From Nitrososphaeria archaeon (GTDB taxonomy: Archaea; Thermoproteota; Nitrososphaeria; Geothermarchaeales; JDFR-13): a DNA stretch of 64,000 nucleotides. The translations under genes were made by a program, and so were the position numbers. The notes under the pieces were generated by a model, which worked only from the letters and a program-made list of their open reading frames with translations, was not told the origin of the DNA and ran no database searches. This document shows positions 59,143 through 64,000 of the stretch, piece by piece (within the stretch, counting starts at the first letter, position 1; every line of letters starts with the position of its first letter). The DNA lies in NCBI GenBank assembly GCA_027078545.1, contig JALWXN010000004.1:160001-224000 (forward strand). Direction: 5' to 3'.

Positions 59143-59577
59143 ATGTATAAATATATAAATGAGACTTGGAGGCGGCTCTGGTCGGATCCCAAGTATAACC
59201 GTTATCTAACCCAGATGCGTATGAAGTGGCGTAGGGAGCCTGCTATTGTTAGGGTTGAGAGGCCCACTAGGCTTGATAGGGCCCGTGCCCTTGGCTATAG
59301 GGCTAAGCAGGGATATGTGGTTGTCCGTGTAAGGGTTTCTAAGGGTGGGCTCCGTAAGATACCTCCTAAGCTGGGTAGGAGGCAGAAGAGGATGGGTATC
59401 TCCAAGATTAAGCGTCAGCTATCTCTCCAGACCATTGCTGAGCAGAGGGCTAAGAGGAAGTTTAGGAACCTGACTGTGCTTGGGTCCTACTATGTTGGTG
59501 AGGATGGTAAGTATAAATGGTTTGAAGTAGTTATGAGGGATGAGAATCACCCTGCTGTAAAGTCGGTGAGGAGCTAG
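59143..59577 (+). CDS. rpl15e: Ribosomal protein eL15 (short form)
   Basis: [32 protein letters not shown]. Confidence 0.96.
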   Translation: MYKYINETWRRLWSDPKYNRYLTQMRMKWRREPAIVRVERPTRLDRARALGYRAKQGYVVVRVRVSKGGLRKIPPKLGRRQKRMGISKIKRQLSLQTIAEQRAKRKFRNLTVLGSYYVGEDGKYKWFEVVMRDENHPAVKSVRS

Positions 59578-60536
59578 AACCCCTGCTGTCTAGGCTTCAG
59601 CGGCTTGAATAGCTCTCTTAGGAGGACCGTTGCATATTCTCCCCGGCCGAGGGTAAACTCAAGAATTGCTTCACCACTCTCCCTGGATAGGCTTATCTCA
59701 TCTAATATACGTATATAGGTGTTACGCACCCCTCCGTAGAAGTCGTATCCAGCGTGTCTCAGCATGAAGAAGCGCTTCTTTAGTCTGAGGGCCTTCTCCC
59801 TATCCATCCCCAGTAGGTCTTCCAGCTGTGGGGAGGGTGTGGCGTATCCCACTAGTGGGAGTGTCTGTGGTGGGTTGGCGCCCCTCTTCACGAGGTTGTT
59901 GATGGAGAGGTTGAATAGGTATGCCTGTAGGGCCTCATATTTTACTCTCTCGAGTCTCGGCGGTGGATCCTTCTTTATGGCCTTGTATCCATGTATATGG
60001 TTGTTCCTCGAGTGGCCGAACCTCTGGTAGCCATAGTAGTTGAGAATCCTCGTCTCTCCCCTGTTTATCAGCCTTATAGTCTCGAGGACATCGTCTAGGT
60101 CTTCCCCCGGCGGTATGAGAACCCTTATCCTGAATCTGTTTCCTATGTGGATATCTTCTGGCTTGTATGTCTCGTCGATCCTCCCTACTAGGGTGTATCC
60201 CTCCCTATATATCCTGGTCCTAGAGACTATGTGTATCCATGCATCTGAGTATTTATCCTTCCTCCCTATCAGCCTGGCGCCATACTTCTTGATACTCTCC
60301 TCCACATCTCTGCTGGAGACTCCCCATGGCTTGAATATTCTGTAGAGGTACCACCCCCTATCGCCGAGCATGTCTCTACGTATTATCTCCTCTACCTGGA
60401 AGCTGCCCACTCCGTGTTTTATCCTACATTCTATGTGCCTGCCTCTAGTGGTGTAGTAGCATAGGCCTATGGCTACATCCTCATTTACATGGCTGCGACG
60501 GTACTCCATAGTCACCAGTCTCTCGGCTCTATACAC
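59574..60536 (-). CDS. truD: TruD/Pus7-family pseudouridine synthase (compact)
   Basis: [34 protein letters not shown]. Confidence 0.9.
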   Translation of the reverse strand: MYRAERLVTMEYRRSHVNEDVAIGLCYYTTRGRHIECRIKHGVGSFQVEEIIRRDMLGDRGWYLYRIFKPWGVSSRDVEESIKKYGARLIGRKDKYSDAWIHIVSRTRIYREGYTLVGRIDETYKPEDIHIGNRFRIRVLIPPGEDLDDVLETIRLINRGETRILNYYGYQRFGHSRNNHIHGYKAIKKDPPPRLERVKYEALQAYLFNLSINNLVKRGANPPQTLPLVGYATPSPQLEDLLGMDREKALRLKKRFFMLRHAGYDFYGGVRNTYIRILDEISLSRESGEAILEFTLGRGEYATVLLRELFKPLKPRQQGF

Positions 60537-60537
60537 C

Positions 60538-60888
60538 CTATAGGAGTTTCAAGTCGCCCGTGATCCTGTCGATCAGCTCCTCCTTGTCTGGGCCTATGCC
60601 TACACATGTGACGGTCCCTGGCTGTAGCTGTGTGAGGCCTGCATCCCTGACTATCGATACTATTAATCCGTGTTCGGATGCCTTCTCCGCCTTCTCGAGA
60701 AGCTCTGATACGCTCTTCACCTTAAGAACGACCTTCTTCTGGCCTTCCTGGAGCCATGCCAATGCCTTCTCAGGCCTAGACCTAAGGGTTTTGTAGAAGG
60801 AGTCTACCGCTGCGTGTGCCACCTGCGCGGCGAGCTTCCCCCTACCCATCTCTAGGTCTGTCCTCACTATGATGGCCTGTTTATACAT
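60538..60888 (-). CDS. pth2: Peptidyl-tRNA hydrolase Pth2
   Basis: KQAIIVR.DL.M..GK.AAQVAHA, DAGLTQ. Confidence 0.96.
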   Translation of the reverse strand: MYKQAIIVRTDLEMGRGKLAAQVAHAAVDSFYKTLRSRPEKALAWLQEGQKKVVLKVKSVSELLEKAEKASEHGLIVSIVRDAGLTQLQPGTVTCVGIGPDKEELIDRITGDLKLL

Positions 60889-60952
60889 CTCCCAATCCCT
60901 ATACATCACCTGTCGGGGGATAATATTAGGCCTGTGGGGATGTGTATTGGTG

Positions 60953-62026
60953 ATGAGTGATGACTCCATACCCATCCTAGGCGCCGGCCCGGCAGGGCTC
61001 CTAGCAGGTATAGAGCTGGCTAGGAGGGGGTATCGGACAGTTATATATGACCCTAAGAGGGTTATCGGCCGTCCCCAGCACTGCACCGGTGTCGTCAGCC
61101 CCTCCTTCATAAACTTCACTGGTCTGCCTGGGGAGCTGATCCTTTCCAGGTTTAGGGGGGTGGTTCTGGAGGTTGCTGGTGAGGTTTTCCACGCCTCTAC
61201 GACTACGCCTAAGGCATATGCTATTGACAGGGTGGGCTATGAGGAGTGGCTCTATAGGGTCTATGTGGATCAGGGTGGAGAGGCTAGGCTGGGTACGGGC
61301 GCCGCGCCCCAGGGTATCCATATAGACGCTACTGGTGCCGCCACCTATATCCGGGATGGGGTGGGGGAGACTCTCCCTGCTTTGCAGCTGATCGTGAGGG
61401 CCTCATCCCCACTAGAGGATGGCCATGTATTGATATGGTGGGATAGGGAGGTTAATCCATACTTCTTCTCATGGATAGTCCCCCTCTCCCATGATAGGTT
61501 TAAGGTGGGTACCGCTGGGAGGACTGGGCTATGGAGGGTTTTGACTAGACTCATGGATGGTAGGCTGGGTAGCTACGAGGTTCTCAGGAGGATGTATGGC
61601 TTCGTCGTCCTAGGTGGTCCTAGGGAGCGGTTCAGGAGTGGTGATAAGATATATATAGGCGACTCGGCTGGCCAGGTTAAGCCCTCTACTGGCGGCGGCT
61701 TGATGTACCATGCCCTGGCCGCTAAGATGCTGGCGGAGAGGATTGGTGGGGCTATGGAGTATTCAGACCTCTTCTACTCCATGCTTGGTAGGGAGATCAC
61801 ACTACAGAAGATCCTCAGGAAGATGTTTCTCCTCATGTCTAACGAGGAGACTAGGCAGATCTTCACAGTCCTCTCCCGGAAGGAGGTTCTAAACATGGCG
61901 TTGATGTATGGGGATATGGATTTCCACGCCTCTATACTGGTTAAGATGGTTATGGATATGGATCTTATGAGGCTTCTAGGGAGGCTTGGTATACGGGTCT
62001 TTGCAGAGCTGTTTAGAGGCTTATAA
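60953..62026 (+). CDS. Geranylgeranyl reductase-family FAD oxidoreductase
   Basis: GAGPAG, G.P.HC.G, DATG, F.W..P, GDSAGQVKP.TGGG. Confidence 0.88.
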   Translation: MSDDSIPILGAGPAGLLAGIELARRGYRTVIYDPKRVIGRPQHCTGVVSPSFINFTGLPGELILSRFRGVVLEVAGEVFHASTTTPKAYAIDRVGYEEWLYRVYVDQGGEARLGTGAAPQGIHIDATGAATYIRDGVGETLPALQLIVRASSPLEDGHVLIWWDREVNPYFFSWIVPLSHDRFKVGTAGRTGLWRVLTRLMDGRLGSYEVLRRMYGFVVLGGPRERFRSGDKIYIGDSAGQVKPSTGGGLMYHALAAKMLAERIGGAMEYSDLFYSMLGREITLQKILRKMFLLMSNEETRQIFTVLSRKEVLNMALMYGDMDFHASILVKMVMDMDLMRLLGRLGIRVFAELFRGL

Positions 62027-62061
62027 AGACTTTTATAGTGGCTATGTATTATGGTGTGGAT

Positions 62062-62247
62062 ATGAGCTTCGAGATAGAGTATGAGCCGCAGAAATGTATA
62101 TCGTGTAACAAGAACATACTCTACTTCGAGTCATCCGTATACTTCCCATGCCCCTCCTGTGGAGAGGTAATTATATGGAGATGTGAGAAGTGTAGGAGGT
62201 TCGCCAGGGAGTATACATGCCCCAACTGTGGCTTCAAGGGTCCATAG
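62062..62247 (+). CDS. DUF1610 small zinc-finger protein
   Basis: C.SC, F.CP.CG...I.RC..CR, Y.CPNCGF.GP. Confidence 0.92.
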   Translation: MSFEIEYEPQKCISCNKNILYFESSVYFPCPSCGEVIIWRCEKCRRFAREYTCPNCGFKGP

Positions 62248-62257
62248 GTGTATAGGC

Positions 62258-62533
62258 ATGGCCAAGGTTGGCGTTGTATATAGAGTCATGCCTGACAAGC
62301 CTGGGAAGGAGGCTCTGGACGGGGTTGTCAGTCGTCTTAGGGAGGCCTTGTCAAGCATTGGTGTGGAGATACAGGATGTCCAGGTGGAGCCTGTAGCCTT
62401 CGGCCTATATAGTGCCAAGATCCTCATAGTGGTGGATGAGGAGGATGAGGATATCCTAAACAGGGTTGAGGAGCTGATCCCGAGCGTCGAGGGTATTGGA
62501 AGCGTGGAGAACGTGGGTATGACTAGGCTCTAG
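62258..62533 (+). CDS. ef1b: Elongation factor aEF-1 beta
   Basis: MA.V....VMP, EPVAFGL. Confidence 0.94.
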   Translation: MAKVGVVYRVMPDKPGKEALDGVVSRLREALSSIGVEIQDVQVEPVAFGLYSAKILIVVDEEDEDILNRVEELIPSVEGIGSVENVGMTRL

Positions 62534-62663
62534 GGGTTAGCCGGGCTAGACATATTTTATTTATCAGTGGCCATTACTGTATGCCTCTTGGACATACCTC
62601 TCTTTAAATGACTACCAGGGAGTAGAATATTTTTTGGATATAAACGTGGGGGAGTAGTATAAG

Positions 62664-64000
62664 ATGGAGAGAAAGGTAGAGTTGGTTGTAAAGGATGCAT
62701 ATCCTAGGGATATTGATAGGGGTATAATCAGGATCCACAGGCTTGTGATGGAGCGTCTAGGTATACATGAGCGTAGCTCTGTCTTGGTGGAGAAGAAGGG
62801 ACGTGTAGTTGGCTGGGTTGCCTCGCTGTCCATGGAGGAGCCGGAGAACATTATAAGGCTCGACGATGAGATGAAGCGTAACCTAGGGGTGACCGATAAT
62901 GATACTGTGATCGTTAGGCCGGTGAAGCTCTTCCCAGCCAAGAAGGTTGTCCTAGTCCCGATAGACAGGATCGAGAATATAGATAGGAACTTTGAGAAGA
63001 CTATCCATAACAGATTGATTAACAGGCCTATACTCAGGGGGAACATCATAACTATAAAGCTTTTCGGGTCGCCTATCTCGCTGAGGGTGAAGAAGGTCAC
63101 TCCGGACGTGCCTGTATACATCACGGATACTACCAGGCTTGTAATTACCAGTGACTTCTCAGAGCAGATCGAGGATACCGAGGTTAGGTACGAGGATATT
63201 GGTGGTCTTGAGAAGGAGATTGAGAAGATCAGGGAGATGGTTGAACTCCCCCTTAGATTCCCCAAGCTGTTTAAGCACCTAGGTATAGATCCGCCGAAGG
63301 GTGTCATCCTATATGGGCCTCCAGGGTGTGGAAAGACTCTGCTGGCGAAGGCCGTGGCGAATGAGAGTGAGGCCAGCTTCTTCGCGATAAATGGTCCGGA
63401 GATTACTAGTAAGTATTACGGAGAGTCGGAGGCGAAGCTTAGGGAGATATTCAGGAAGGCTGAGGAGAATGCCCCCTCAATAATATTCATTGATGAGTTG
63501 GACTCGATAGCGCCTAAGAGGGAGGATGTATCTGGCGAGGCTGAGAAGAGGGTTGTGGCCCAGCTCCTGACGCTGATGGATGGTTTGAAGGGTAGGGGGC
63601 AGGTAATCGTCATAGGAGCCACTAATAGGATCGACGCTATAGACCCTGCCCTTAGGAGGCCTGGTAGGTTTGATAGGGAGATTGAGATACGTATACCTGA
63701 TGAGAAGGGGCGTTACGAGATATTCAAGATACATACTAGGGGTATGCCCCTGGCTGATGATGTGGATATCCGTAAGCTCGCCAGTATAACGCATGGATAT
63801 ACTGGTGCCGATATCCAGGCTATCTGCCGTGAAGCTGCTATGAAGGCCTTGAAGAGGAATCTGCCGCTGATTGAGGAGTATTCAGATACTGGTGAGATAC
63901 CTGATGAGGTGCTGAGTAAGATCCAGGTGACGATGAAGGACTTTATCGACGCGTATAAGGAGATAGTGCCGACAGCTCTTAGGGAGGTTGAGGTCTCGAT
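62664..64000 (+). CDS. cdc48: CDC48/VAT AAA+ ATPase (3'-truncated by window edge)
   Basis: [39 protein letters not shown]. Confidence 0.96.
   Translation, partial: MERKVELVVKDAYPRDIDRGIIRIHRLVMERLGIHERSSVLVEKKGRVVGWVASLSMEEPENIIRLDDEMKRNLGVTDNDTVIVRPVKLFPAKKVVLVPIDRIENIDRNFEKTIHNRLINRPILRGNIITIKLFGSPISLRVKKVTPDVPVYITDTTRLVITSDFSEQIEDTEVRYEDIGGLEKEIEKIREMVELPLRFPKLFKHLGIDPPKGVILYGPPGCGKTLLAKAVANESEASFFAINGPEITSKYYGESEAKLREIFRKAEENAPSIIFIDELDSIAPKREDVSGEAEKRVVAQLLTLMDGLKGRGQVIVIGATNRIDAIDPALRRPGRFDREIEIRIPDEKGRYEIFKIHTRGMPLADDVDIRKLASITHGYTGADIQAICREAAMKALKRNLPLIEEYSDTGEIPDEVLSKIQVTMKDFIDAYKEIVPTALREVEVS

Overview
Archaeal chromosome segment, most likely from a thermophilic TACK/Thermoproteota-type lineage (archaeal information-processing genes, GC-rich archaeal 16S rRNA, BHB-type tRNA introns); a finer taxon cannot be assigned from sequence alone. 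Most of the window is conserved housekeeping: the eL42-eS27-aIF2a-Nop10 cluster, SRP54-eL21-Rpo4, uL16-Dph2-Csl4-Rpo11-TFS-PCNA-PriL-PriS, proteasome beta-aCPSF1, ValRS, aRF1, PyrH, the exosome/proteasome/RNase P superoperon, KEOPS genes, uS15, eS1, eL15, TruD, aEF-1beta and a partial CDC48. There are five tRNA genes (Ile-GAT with a D-arm intron, Asp with a canonical intron, Tyr with two introns, Leu-CAG, Ile2-CAT) and one stand-alone 16S rRNA gene with a perfect BHB processing stem and no adjacent 23S. Two accessory zones: 19.9-27.1 kb (AT-rich GmrSD and McrBC cassettes between tRNA genes) and 32-41.9 kb (surface proteins, a paralogous pair of unknown genes, a PD-(D/E)XK nuclease, a catalytically degenerate TGT-fold/phosphoesterase-fold fusion, VapBC). 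Most striking observations, all from manual inspection: (1) an H/ACA-type hairpin in the 16S 5' leader whose pocket matches the helix-31 uridine of the same 16S rRNA; (2) a K-turn-containing tRNA-Tyr intron positioned to guide U35 of its own tRNA; (3) the pseudo-TGT plus nuclease operon as a candidate new defence system; (4) a sharp strand-composition flip centred on the 16S gene.
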